Positions 11,394-21,431 of a stretch of 64,000 nt of DNA are shown one piece after another. Below the pieces are notes generated by a model. That model saw nothing but the letters and a program-made list of their open reading frames with translations, was not told where the DNA came from and ran no database searches. Origin of the DNA: Cyanophora paradoxa CCMP329 (Eukaryota; Plantae; Glaucophyta); the NCBI GenBank assembly GCA_004431415.1, contig QPMI01000601.1, positions 1 through 64,000 on the forward strand, given 5' to 3'. Every line of letters begins with the position of its first letter. Position 1 is the stretch's first letter. Position numbers and translations under genes: made by a program.

Positions 11394-11600
11394 AGGGTGA
11401 ATGGGGTGAACGGGTTGTTTGTATATTTTCTTAGGAAAAATGCCTTCTCACGGGAATTTATACAAACAACCCGTTCACCCCGTTCACCCCGTTCACCCCG
11501 TTCACCCAGTTCACCCCGTTCACCCTTACACCCTTTACACCCTTTACACCCTTTACACCCTTTACAATCTTAACAATCTTAACAATCCTTAACAACCTTT
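11394..11600. repeat. Subterminal stem-loop with 9-bp tandem arm repeats (CCGTTCACC)n, followed by (TTACACCCT)n and (TTAACAATC)n
   Basis: GGGGTGAACGGGTTGTTTGTATA ... TATACAAACAACCCGTTCACCCC. Confidence 0.85.
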
Positions 11601-11609
11601 ACAGATGTC

Positions 11610-12979
11610 TCATCCTGCCCTCCTCCTTGATCTCGTGGAAATTGCTGGAGCTTCATAGGTCTCCTTTGAATTCGAGAAATCTCTATACCACCTTACTGCC
11701 TCTGCTCCCCCTGCTAATCTCTCTGTTCCCGCCACCCTCAATCTCTCCAACTCTCTCCCTTGTTTCTTCTTCTTCCCTGCTCTGTCCTCCAATAATGGTT
11801 TATCTGGCACGTTTGGCGCCCTCTCAATCCCCTCTCTGGCCAAAAGTCGCTCTGTTCTGGCCTCTTTCTTTGCCTCTTCAATGACATTTATTGATGGCGC
11901 CTCCAAGAACTCCACGGTTTCCACTTTCTGTAATTCGTAGTGGGCATAAAGTCGATCTATTAGTTTGCCAGAAATGTCCCTTAGTTTAAATTTGAACCCC
12001 TCCACTCCTTCTATTGTGAATATTTCGCGGCTCCAATTATTCCCTTGTTTGGCAAATGGGCTCTTCTCTATTTTAGTTCTCACGTGGCTCCCTGCTGGAT
12101 AGTCCTTTAGATATTCAATTGACTTCATGAATTTCTCGTTTTCTTTTGCGAGTATGAGGGGAACATGTACCTCTGTGGTCTCTGCTGGTTTCATCCCTGT
12201 TGCTGAGTGGATGGTATTATTGTAGTTGTAGGCAAAATCTTGGAGCTTGTCGAAAAACTTTACAGTATTATTCGCTATACAATACGAGTTAATTAGCTTC
12301 TTTATTGTGCGATTAAAGGCTTCTATTCGGCCTTGGCTATTGTGATCTCCAACCTGCGAAACTTGGTGCTCAATCATCTGGGCTTCTAAATGGTCTTTAA
12401 ATACCTTGTTCAGGAATTCGCTCCCAGCATCACTTTGTATCTTCACAATTGGACGCGGGACTTGTTGCTCAAGCTCCTTAAATGTGTTCATTGTGCTCTC
12501 TGCTGTCTTGCCCCTCATGGGAATTATAAAGCCCAGTCTGGTGGTATTTTCTACAGCTGTGAGGAACGTGTTGTAGCCTTGATTCTGTTTGCTGTACGAA
12601 GGATAAAAGATTAGGTCTATGGCATAGCAGTCGAGTGGCTGTCTTATTGGGATATAGGCAGTCTTCTTGGCAGATGGGAGGGGTTTATTTATCTGGTTGA
12701 TTTCTTGGGCATCATAGAATCTACGGATTGTCTTTCTTGGCACATCTGGAAGCTCTTTGGCCAATGAAGCAAGGCCTTTAAATCCTACCTTGGTGTCATA
12801 GAATGTCCTTGCTAAGGGATCCAAGTGGGCACAGCAATGGCAGTTGGGATATCCGCAGGAACTAAAGCTTTGAGGTCACTCTTTTTCTGAATGCGACCCC
12901 CTCTCTCCTCTTGAGGGATTGGGATTGGCAATATACTCACATCGTACTCTGTTTGTCTGCGTGTGATCTTTGATGACAT
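11610..12979 (-). CDS. rve (DDE) integrase of element B (one apparent frameshift near 12825)
   Basis: YAIDL, IQSDAGSEF, GRIEAFNRTIK, YNNTIHSATGMKP. The upstream frame gives MSSKITRRQTEYDVSILPIPIP, homologous to the N-termini of the A and C integrases. Confidence 0.9.
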
Positions 12980-12990
12980 CTATATTGGGA

Positions 12991-15900
12991 TTAGAAAGCA
13001 ATCTTTGACATCTTCACATTGAAGGTCTCATTTTCAAGCTTCTTTTGGACAGTCATTTCGATTTGCTTGGGTTTTTGGTGGAGCACATGGTCTTTATAAT
13101 CTTGGAAAGAAAGATCTGTTTGAATGGTCTCCTTACAAACACCTGCCAGCTTTTTGATTTCCTCATCATCTGTTTTAATGCTGTAGCATTTCGGCCTTAC
13201 CCCAGCATATTCAGTAATGGTTCTGCCCTCAAACTCATCTTTGAACTTGCCAAGCTCTGTGGGGTGGGTGTCAATGTCTTGTAGGTCTTTCGCTATAGTT
13301 TTCGAATTTATTTGAAGGCAAAGCGAATCTGTATCAGTAAAAAGCAGTTTACAGTCTGGCCATTTCCGCTTGATGGTGTTATAATAATAATCAAATAGCC
13401 GCAGCTTGGCAAGATCTAAAACAACTGCCCCAATTGCTATGGGCTTATCTAACTTGACATCTTTTTGTAGCATTTCGAAGGCTACTGCTGAATCGCTTAG
13501 TCTTGTTTCTGCTTTGAGTAGGGGCGATCTGGCGTATTTCATAAATTGCTTTTCGTTGGTGGCAATCTTGACATTAGACCTTCCTCTCACTTTCTCAATG
13601 GTTTTGCCGAAAAGGCTATTGTTCATGATTTTAAAGAAGTCCTTTTCGGGTTTGGAAGGGGCTGCTCTGCGGTTTTGGGCATTGGATTCGACGTAGGGCT
13701 TCATAAAGGCAGCCTGAGTAAATGTTAGCACCCTGTGGATTTTGGTGACCTTTAAGCCTTGTGCTACCATGAATTGGAGCAAAGGTTTCGACACCACAAA
13801 GTTGGATATGTCTTGGCAGGCTGCTTGTAGCCCATCTTCTGTTCTCTTGATAACAAGAGGTAGCTCTTTGTGGAGTTGATGGAGGTGCTGGGGATAATGG
13901 ATGTCAACTTCTAAGATGGCCCCCTCTGCTGATGACAGGTCGTAATTTGAGGGTTCTGGGGACCATTGGAAATTCGAGAGGGGTAGCGTTTGGGACAGGG
14001 CATATCCATATAGGTTATTGGCATCCAAATATATAATGTGTCTGTCCCTTTCCTTTTTGGCATATTTATGATTCATAATCGAAAGGCCTCCCCTGATCAT
14101 GCCTTCAACCATGTTGTACATATCAAGGTTGGAAAGAAGCTCGATTTTAGGCTTGGTAATCGATAGCATGCTGTCCCACGAAAGCCCCGGACTTGAGACA
14201 TAGTGGGCAGCATCCATCCCAAAAGTTTTGTGTGATTTCTGGCGGAAAAGCTGGAACTTTTCTTGAAGGTCATTGACATTCTGGACGCCATAATCAATAA
14301 AGTTTTTGATGTCAATGAATTTGAAACAGCCCCAGGTGATCGACATGTAGTTGTCAAACGATTTCGCGAGGACTTCCACCCTTTTTTCGGGATTTAAGGC
14401 GACTGCCTTGAATATCTGCGTTCCAGATAGGGACAGATCATTGGTCACTATGGGAATCTTGGTGAGATTGCTGGTGCGTCTGTGGAGATTACATTTGCGA
14501 CATGCTGTGCCTACAAAATCGCCAGTTTGGTGGTCGTGATCCCTCACTTTATAATTGTCTTGGGTGAAATCACCTTGGCAGATGTAGCAGGTTTTAGCAA
14601 GGTAATGGGTACGTTTCTGCTCTTTGGTCAGTGACATTGGGATGTTGGTAAATAGGGCTTTGAATAGCTCTGGGGCTGTGCTGTCGAGGGTACTCAGGAG
14701 CTCAAAGATGTTGGAGGGGGTTTTAGTGAGTACTACTCTATTATTATGAAGAGCTGTCAGTGAGATTGATTTGATCTTGAACATACCAGAAATATCTGTT
14801 TCATAATCGAAATAGCAATAGGCAATCACGGGGAGGAATACAGTCTTTGAGAGATGTTTAAGACCAAATTCAATGAATGTGGGTTGTTTTGGGGTCTCTC
14901 CAGCACTTGTCTTCCAATCCACACAACGTTTGCTTTGAATGTGGGATTGAAGCTTCTCCTCAGTCTTGAAGTGGTTGGAACAGGTTTTACAGAAATGGAG
15001 TCGCTGCTTATCATTCTTAGCTAAGACTCTGGACATGCTGAATATTGTGGTATAATGACTGTTACCATTTTCGTCTGTAATTAGCAGCAGATCCACTTGG
15101 TGTTTCCTGTTCCTTGAGGAGCTGTTGTGGAGTAGATTAATTTCTTCTGTAGAGTTAGAGGGGTCGTAAATATTAACAGAGATTGCTGGATTGAGATTTT
15201 CAAAGAGATCAATAGTATCAGCATCTGCCTTTACAGGAAACTCAATACCCTCGAAATTTAGTTCTTTTTTGAACCACCTCCTGTATTGGGAAGTCTCATT
15301 GCGCTTGTGGCTATTTACTTCGTCCTTGTGAATATAAGAAAGGATAGCATACTCAAAGCATCTATTGTCCTTGTTATTAACATTGACAATGGCTCGTTTA
15401 TTTTTGAGCCACTCTGGGAGTGGGATAAAAGCACCTCCTGAGATGGGTTTAAAGGACAGAACAATCACTCTCAAAGCCTCAATGCTTTGGAGTTTATAGC
15501 TGTCTGTGACATTAATTTGCGACTGGCATTCCTTAGCCAATTTCGCAGTTTCTTTAGTGAGGGTTCGAGATCTTGTCATGATAGCATAGGTGCTGTAAAT
15601 GTGCTTGGTAATAAAGTCTCTCGAATTGTTTGCTTTTGAAAAGCGACAGACAAACGTAAAGCGAGTTTTAATCGACATCTGTGAATTGATGGCATCTTGG
15701 AGCCTTGTGTGGAGTTCCTCAGAGTAGGTGTCTATAAACTCTTGAGTGGTCAGGATCTGGTGGTGAGCCCTGATGGTAAAATCAATGTATTTATTATTAA
15801 GAGCACGATGTTCATTTATTAAGGTAGTGTATTCATCTCCTCTGACTTGAGTTGTGGTAGTTTGTTCGACTTGGATTTGGCCTAACCTGTCTCCCTCATC

Positions 15901-16086
15901 AAGGGTCTCGATTTTCCCTAATAGCTCTCGATTGAGAGCTTGAAGCCCCTTGAGCTTCTTGTTGGTTTGGCTTATGTATGATTCATATTCGCTTTCACTG
16001 ATGGAGTGGTTCGCAAGGAGGAAGGCCAGATTTCCAAGAATCTTGTCCTGAAGCTCCTTAATTTGGTAGTGGCTGGGGCGGGGCAT
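12991..16086 (-). CDS. pPolB of element B with N-terminal region, vOTU-like domain, C2H2 finger and HNH/EndoVII-like insert
   Basis: NKDNRCFEYAIL...NSHY (OTU-like Cys/His), CKTC..H, CYIC..RDHDHQTG..ACRKCN, YLDANNLYG, FKIMNNSLFGK, FTDTDS. Likely ATG at 16086 (MPRPSH). Confidence 0.92.
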   Translation of the reverse strand: MPRPSHYQIKELQDKILGNLAFLLANHSISESEYESYISQTNKKLKGLQALNRELLGKIETLDEGDRLGQIQVEQTTTTQVRGDEYTTLINEHRALNNKYIDFTIRAHHQILTTQEFIDTYSEELHTRLQDAINSQMSIKTRFTFVCRFSKANNSRDFITKHIYSTYAIMTRSRTLTKETAKLAKECQSQINVTDSYKLQSIEALRVIVLSFKPISGGAFIPLPEWLKNKRAIVNVNNKDNRCFEYAILSYIHKDEVNSHKRNETSQYRRWFKKELNFEGIEFPVKADADTIDLFENLNPAISVNIYDPSNSTEEINLLHNSSSRNRKHQVDLLLITDENGNSHYTTIFSMSRVLAKNDKQRLHFCKTCSNHFKTEEKLQSHIQSKRCVDWKTSAGETPKQPTFIEFGLKHLSKTVFLPVIAYCYFDYETDISGMFKIKSISLTALHNNRVVLTKTPSNIFELLSTLDSTAPELFKALFTNIPMSLTKEQKRTHYLAKTCYICQGDFTQDNYKVRDHDHQTGDFVGTACRKCNLHRRTSNLTKIPIVTNDLSLSGTQIFKAVALNPEKRVEVLAKSFDNYMSITWGCFKFIDIKNFIDYGVQNVNDLQEKFQLFRQKSHKTFGMDAAHYVSSPGLSWDSMLSITKPKIELLSNLDMYNMVEGMIRGGLSIMNHKYAKKERDRHIIYLDANNLYGYALSQTLPLSNFQWSPEPSNYDLSSAEGAILEVDIHYPQHLHQLHKELPLVIKRTEDGLQAACQDISNFVVSKPLLQFMVAQGLKVTKIHRVLTFTQAAFMKPYVESNAQNRRAAPSKPEKDFFKIMNNSLFGKTIEKVRGRSNVKIATNEKQFMKYARSPLLKAETRLSDSAVAFEMLQKDVKLDKPIAIGAVVLDLAKLRLFDYYYNTIKRKWPDCKLLFTDTDSLCLQINSKTIAKDLQDIDTHPTELGKFKDEFEGRTITEYAGVRPKCYSIKTDDEEIKKLAGVCKETIQTDLSFQDYKDHVLHQKPKQIEMTVQKKLENETFNVKMSKIAF

Positions 16087-16234
16087 GGTTGGGGGGTTGT
16101 ACTTATATCTAGGTACGAAAATAATCTTTAAATGTTTATATTGTGGACAATTCGCAGCGCTCAATGAGAATAAACCCCGCGACCCCTATTTAAAAAGAAA
16201 TCTCAACTATACTATAAGGGGAACACATCAAGCA

Positions 16235-16426
16235 ATGGCGTACACCAAGCAAATGAGGTACATCAGGCGCAGGATCCAAAACGATCCAGAGTTTCGCGAG
16301 CTCCACAAAAAATACGTGAGGGTCAGCACATACAAGGCTGGGGCTCTCCTGTGTATTAGGTATCTGTTTGAGGAGGCGACCCCGGATAGGAGGGGGCGGC
16401 CGAGAAAGCGGGATCCCTATGTGTGA
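16235..16426 (+). CDS. Small basic protein with AT-hook
   Basis: 63 aa from ATG 16235; NDPEFRE helix and RRGRPRK; similar to 21173-21403 and 46566-46979. Confidence 0.6.
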   Translation: MAYTKQMRYIRRRIQNDPEFRELHKKYVRVSTYKAGALLCIRYLFEEATPDRRGRPRKRDPYV

Positions 16427-16540
16427 GGGGGAGGGGGCAGGGGGGAGGGGGGTCCGAAAAATTGATTTGAGTTACTCCTTTTTTCGAAAAGTACTTAAGG
16501 GTATAGTTCACTGAAATAATTATCTCACCCCTATTGTAGA

Positions 16541-18892
16541 ATGGCTCCCTCATTCAGCTCAACCAACCCCAATGGCCACACTTTCACTCTCACTGAGCGC
16601 ATCCACAAAGCTAAGCTCAGGTGGGTGCTGGAGAATTTTGAGAAGCTTCAATTCAGGGCTTGTACTGACAAGACCCAGACCAAGACACTGGCCAAAAAGC
16701 TCTACAAGGAGACATCTGCCAATGGATCCCACACCTGTACCTACAAACAGGCCAAACACAACACTGGGAGGTACTTTGTGGGTGAAAAGCACCCCAGTCT
16801 CCAAGGCATTTGTAGGGAAATTCGCCACACCATCTCAAGGGATTTCTATGAGGATATTGACATTGTGAACTGTCACCCTGTGCTGCTGCTTCAGTACTGC
16901 CAGAAAAATGGTATTGCCTGTCCTACCCTCCTCAGCTATGTCCAGAATAGAGCACAAATTCTGGATGAGATCTGCTCAATTAGTGGAGAGGACAAGGAAA
17001 CCTGTAAGCAGAGTCTCCTCAGCATCATCAATGGAGGTGCTGGAAGAGACATTTCCAAGCAATTGGAAGGTCACAAGTGGTTCACTGATCTCAAAGCTGA
17101 GATTGTGAACATCCATCAACTGGTGGCCACAAAGGAGGTCAAATTCCATGCCATTGCCAAGAGGAAGAAGGAGAACAACTTTAATGTTCTTGGCTCTACC
17201 ATGAACATGCTGCTCTGCTCTCTGGAGAACACAGTTCTAATGGCAATGTGTGAGTACTTCAGCTCCATTGGCCTTCAGGTTGATGTGCTGGTCTTTGATG
17301 GGTGTATGGTGCGCCAAGATCCAAAGATCATCAGCTGCCTCAAGGATGCCTCCATCTACATTCAAGCCCAGACAGGCTACAAGGTAGATCTCATCATCAA
17401 GCACATGATGTCAGGATTCCAAGTGCCTCCTGATCTTGAAGATGTTGAGGATGGTGCCCCTGCCAGATTTGCCAAAGATGACAATGAGGCCTCACAGCTT
17501 TTCATGGATGACATCAAGCACATTGTCAAGAAGTGTGAGGGGAGGGTCTTTGTCAAGACTGACAACCTGTGGACTGAAAACAAGAAGCAGGTTGAAAGCA
17601 CTCTAATGAGGATGGCACTGACATCCAACATATGTAAGTTGGGCCCAATGGGGCAGGAGGAACCTTACAGTGGGAATGTGGCTCAGGCCAAACACATCAT
17701 TGAGGCAACCCTTGCCAAGCTTGTAGACTCCCCTACTTTCGTCAAGGATATGTGGGAATCCACCAATGGGAAGCTTTGCTTCAGGAATGGTGTCTATGAT
17801 TTCTCATCCAAGCAATTTAAACCCTATGATGTCTGCCCTGAGGTTATGACCTGTGTGAGGGTAGAAAGAGATTTTCCAGTCCATGAAGATGGTTCCATCA
17901 AGATACCATCTACTGAGGCTTTGGACACTCTCTATAATGTGATTCTTAATCCAATTTTTGGAGAGGAAGCAGCTCCCCAGTACCTTGGGCTGATCTCCAG
18001 AATGATGGCTGGAAAAGTGGGTGACAAGCTATGGGGGGTGAGTGTTGGTGAGAGAGATTGTGGAAAGGGTGTGAGTGTTTGCCTAAATGAAGCTACATTT
18101 GGGCATGGATATGTCAAGACAGTAAATAGTGAAAACTTCCTGATGTCAAGAACTGGACATGGAGATGAGCAAAAGAAGCTGTCTTGGATGCTGGATAGCG
18201 AATTTGCCAGGCTTACATTCACTCAAGAGATGACAATTGATGTTGAAGACAAGAACATCAAGATTAATGGCAACATGATCAAGAAGTTTGTGAGTGGTGG
18301 TGATACCCTATGTGCCAGAAAGAATTACAGAGATGAGGTTAATTTTAAGGTTCAAAGTGGGTTGTATATGATGTGTAATGATCTCACACAGATGTCACCT
18401 GCTGATGCTTATGAGAATATGGTGGTTATCAAACATCCAAATAAATTCGCCTCACAAGAGACATTGGATGCCCTCCAGCTGCCATTCCTCAAGTTGGCAA
18501 GGGATGATATCAAGATGTTGTGCCAACAGGAGGACATCATGAATGCCTATATGTATGAGCTGTTCCAAGCCTACAAACCCAAGAAATTTGAGCCATATGG
18601 AAGGGTTTTGGAGGACATCAAGAACTACAGGTTGGAAGGTGGTGATGAACTGCTGATCATGAAGGAGTTCTTCATCATTACAGGGGACAGGGATGATACC
18701 ATCACAAATGATGATGTTACAAGATTTATCAGAAGCAAGAGGCTCAACATTACTGTAAGCAAGGTTAGAGATAGGCTGGAGAGAATGGGTGCTAAGTATG
18801 AGAAACATATAGGACAGAAGAAAGGTATATCCTCTGGTGTTAGAGGTTTCAGTGGGGTAAAATTGATGTCTTTGGAGGATGTAGATGAGTAA
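16541..18892 (+). CDS. TVpol-like (PolA-related primase-polymerase) fused to D5-like superfamily 3 helicase
   Basis: 783 aa; GRYF..SLQG..REIR, EDIDIVNCHP and LVFDGCMV motifs in the N-half; LCFRNGVYD, Walker A-like GERDCGKG, and motif C-like MMCND in the C-half. Confidence 0.8.
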   Translation: MAPSFSSTNPNGHTFTLTERIHKAKLRWVLENFEKLQFRACTDKTQTKTLAKKLYKETSANGSHTCTYKQAKHNTGRYFVGEKHPSLQGICREIRHTISRDFYEDIDIVNCHPVLLLQYCQKNGIACPTLLSYVQNRAQILDEICSISGEDKETCKQSLLSIINGGAGRDISKQLEGHKWFTDLKAEIVNIHQLVATKEVKFHAIAKRKKENNFNVLGSTMNMLLCSLENTVLMAMCEYFSSIGLQVDVLVFDGCMVRQDPKIISCLKDASIYIQAQTGYKVDLIIKHMMSGFQVPPDLEDVEDGAPARFAKDDNEASQLFMDDIKHIVKKCEGRVFVKTDNLWTENKKQVESTLMRMALTSNICKLGPMGQEEPYSGNVAQAKHIIEATLAKLVDSPTFVKDMWESTNGKLCFRNGVYDFSSKQFKPYDVCPEVMTCVRVERDFPVHEDGSIKIPSTEALDTLYNVILNPIFGEEAAPQYLGLISRMMAGKVGDKLWGVSVGERDCGKGVSVCLNEATFGHGYVKTVNSENFLMSRTGHGDEQKKLSWMLDSEFARLTFTQEMTIDVEDKNIKINGNMIKKFVSGGDTLCARKNYRDEVNFKVQSGLYMMCNDLTQMSPADAYENMVVIKHPNKFASQETLDALQLPFLKLARDDIKMLCQQEDIMNAYMYELFQAYKPKKFEPYGRVLEDIKNYRLEGGDELLIMKEFFIITGDRDDTITNDDVTRFIRSKRLNITVSKVRDRLERMGAKYEKHIGQKKGISSGVRGFSGVKLMSLEDVDE

Positions 18893-18898
18893 GGGGGA

Positions 18899-19039
18899 AG
18901 GTAGGGCAGGTAGGGCAGAAAAAGTGCCCTAATCGAAAAAAATTTATAGAAGTTGAGTTTGTGTTTTTAAAAAACGAAGATTGGCCATTGAGAAATTTTT
19001 TTCGATTAGGGCACTTTTTCTGCCCTACCTGCCCTACCT
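18899..19039. repeat. 47-bp perfect inverted repeat right after the primase-helicase gene (candidate origin or terminator)
   Basis: AGGTAGGGCAGGTAGGGCAGAAAAAGTGCCCTAATCGAAAAAAATTT, 47-nt loop, reverse complement at 18993-19039. Confidence 0.9.
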
Positions 19040-19123
19040 CCCCTGCCTTCCTGCCTTTTGGTTGTTCAGGACCTCCCCAACACCACTTAAAGACATCTTG
19101 GTATAGTATACCAAATAGGAGCC

Positions 19124-19435
19124 ATGAACCACAATAATACTACCATCCCAGATGATGAAATGAGTGCTCAGCTTGAGACAGCCATTGAGAAAAAGAGACA
19201 GTCAATGCCCCCAATAACCATTCATGATGACATGGTTTTGGATGCGAGGCTTCGGGCAAGAGGATTATCCCTCTTCCAAATGTCAAGGGGGCAAAGAAAG
19301 GCTCAACAGAGAAGCTATCTTAGTGCTGGATTTATTAGTGAGCAGCAGAAGATCAGCGAATTCAAAAAGGGTCATGTCCCCATACTTGTTGCTGACCGTC
19401 TCCGCAAGAAGCTGGAACAGCGACGTGCCACATAG
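19124..19435 (+). CDS. Hypothetical protein (103 aa)
   Basis: ATG preceded by ACTTAAAGA..TATAGTATA motif; composition like neighbouring genes. Confidence 0.6.
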   Translation: MNHNNTTIPDDEMSAQLETAIEKKRQSMPPITIHDDMVLDARLRARGLSLFQMSRGQRKAQQRSYLSAGFISEQQKISEFKKGHVPILVADRLRKKLEQRRAT

Positions 19436-19774
19436 AGAGAAAGGTTGAAATAAAATTCCAGAACCTCTTTTCAATTTCGCCGATTCACTCCTTGCCGCTA
19501 TCACCGTTGGATTCCTCGTAAAAAGTAGATATTTATAGACCCCAATATCATAGCCCTACGATGATCTGGTGACGAGCTACGAATATTTTCAGGTTCGCAT
19601 ATACCATATATATATACCATAATGATATATGTATATGATATATTATGATGTCACATGACATATATATATAACATAGCTTTCCGGACTCGCCGCGTCATGG
19701 CGATCACGGCGCTGTAGTTAGTGCGAAAACGTGTTTTTTTTTTTCATATATATCATATACATATGTACGTTCGC

Positions 19775-19968
19775 GCGTACTGAGCTACGGTACGCACAGT
19801 GGCCTGCGTACTGCGCTACGGTACGCACAGTGGCTTGCGTACTGCGCTACGGTACGCACAGTGGCTTGCGTACTGAGCCACGGTACGCACAGTGGCCTGC
19901 GTACGGCGCTACGGTACGCACAGTGGGCTGCGTACGGCGCTACGGTACGCAGAGTGGGCTGCGTACCA
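19775..19968. repeat. Tandem array 1: ~6 x 31 bp with internal palindrome
   Basis: Unit GCGTACTGCGCTACGGTACGCACAGTGGCCT; GTACGCA-N8-TGCGTAC. Confidence 0.92.
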
Positions 19969-20235
19969 GCTAAAGTACGCACATTAAATCTTATAAGACC
20001 ATATAAGATTTTAGAAAAGAATTCTATATAAGACAACTCTTATAAGACCTTATAAGACTTCAATTTGAGCGACTTGTATATACCATAATGATATATGTAT
20101 ATGATATATCATAATGTCACATGACATATATATATATCATAGGTTTTCGGACTCGCCGCGTCATGGCGATCACGGCGCTGTAGTTTTTACCGAAACTTGT
20201 TTTTTTTCATATATATCATATACATATACACGCGG

Positions 20236-20445
20236 GCTGCGCAAGCCTGAGATTGCTCCTTGTATGGCCGCGCAAGCCTGAGATTGCTCCTTGTATGGCC
20301 GCGCAAGCCGGAGATTGCTCAGTGTGTGGCTGCGCAAGCCTGAGATTGCTCCTTGTATGGCCGCGCAAGCCGGAGATTGCTCAGTGTGTGGCTGCGCAAG
20401 CCTGAGATTGCTCCTTGTATGGCCGCGCAACGCTGAGATTGCGCA
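20236..20445. repeat. Tandem array 2: ~6.5 x 31 bp, two unit variants
   Basis: GCGCAAGCCTGAGATTGCTCCTTGTATGGCC and GCGCAAGCCGGAGATTGCTCAGTGTGTGGCT. Confidence 0.92.
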
Positions 20446-20638
20446 GCTATTTCCTTATAGAGCTCTATAAGAACTTTTCTAAAACTTTCAATTAGAGCCA
20501 CTTAAGGAACTTCAAACGCGAATATCTCGGCACCAGATTGGCCGTTTTGAGCGCTCTTTTTTTTCCTGTGAAGCTCTCATCAAGCTCTACGCAGAGCCGC
20601 CCCTTTCGCATTTTTATGCTGCCTAAAAGTAGATTATT

Positions 20639-20875
20639 ATGACAACTCCCATCCATACTCGCCTTGTAGAGGTCTCCTTTGAACTCTCATATTTGGCGCT
20701 GACGTCTCCAAGCTCAGAACTGAGTAACTCCATACATCGCCTCTCTATAGAACTGTACAACCTTGGTCATCGAATAGCCCCCCTGTCTCCACATATCAAA
20801 GCAGCTTTACAAAAAATATCAAACGACCTTCTAATGCTTGGAAACGAGATAAATACCCTCCCTGATGGCAGATAA
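20639..20875 (+). CDS. Hypothetical helical protein (78 aa)
   Basis: ATG-initiated, Leu/Ile heptad pattern, converges neatly on the next gene. Confidence 0.5.
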   Translation: MTTPIHTRLVEVSFELSYLALTSPSSELSNSIHRLSIELYNLGHRIAPLSPHIKAALQKISNDLLMLGNEINTLPDGR

Positions 20876-20880
20876 TGTGT

Positions 20881-21147
20881 TCAATGTAGACGGTTTCCTT
20901 GGTACTCATCCCAAGCGCTGCTTACAGCCTGAGCAAATTGCTCCCCTGTCACCTCTTCAATGCTCTCCAAGCTTACCCTTTGCCCCTCAGTTGAGCCTGT
21001 CCTATCATAGGGAGACCCACTCCTGGATCCACTTGGGGAGGAAGATCCAATGCTGACGTCAATAGTAGTATCACAACAGCTACATTTATAATTGCTGGTC
21101 ACATGTATATGAAACATATCCAGCAATTGTTGGAGCCATTGCCACAT
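20881..21147 (-). CDS. Small conserved protein with amphipathic N-terminus and SCCDTT motif
   Basis: MFHIHVTSNYKCSCCDTTIDVSI aligns with MFHLHFTSTCHNSCCDTTVEVDI in 47104-47517. Confidence 0.75.
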   Translation of the reverse strand: MWQWLQQLLDMFHIHVTSNYKCSCCDTTIDVSIGSSSPSGSRSGSPYDRTGSTEGQRVSLESIEEVTGEQFAQAVSSAWDEYQGNRLH

Positions 21148-21172
21148 CTTACAAGTAACAGGACAAAATAAC

Positions 21173-21403
21173 TCAGTTGCTGCTCTCCGTGGTCAAATAA
21201 TGTTTAATTGGCCTCCCTATAGGCCTCACAACATCTTTTTGTGCCCTTCGACGATAATATGATGCCAAGGCTTGTTGTTTCTTAAACTCTCTATATGCTG
21301 GGTCTTCCCTGTATCGTTTTTGGTTTGCTACAGCGCTCTTAATATAACTCTCACTTACAGGACTATCAACGGTGAACTCAACCAGACTGATGGTATCATC
21401 CAT
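21173..21403 (-). CDS. Small basic protein with AT-hook-like motif
   Basis: YREDPAYRE helix and RPIGRP. Confidence 0.6.
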   Translation of the reverse strand: MDDTISLVEFTVDSPVSESYIKSAVANQKRYREDPAYREFKKQQALASYYRRRAQKDVVRPIGRPIKHYLTTESSN

Positions 21404-21431
21404 TTATAATAGAAAAACGTTTAGTTTTTTC

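Noticed and set aside
19731-20501. ORFs 19731-19973, 19785-20036, 20170-20430, 20319-20501
   Set aside because: They are translations of 31-bp tandem arrays with non-ATG starts and no coding context.
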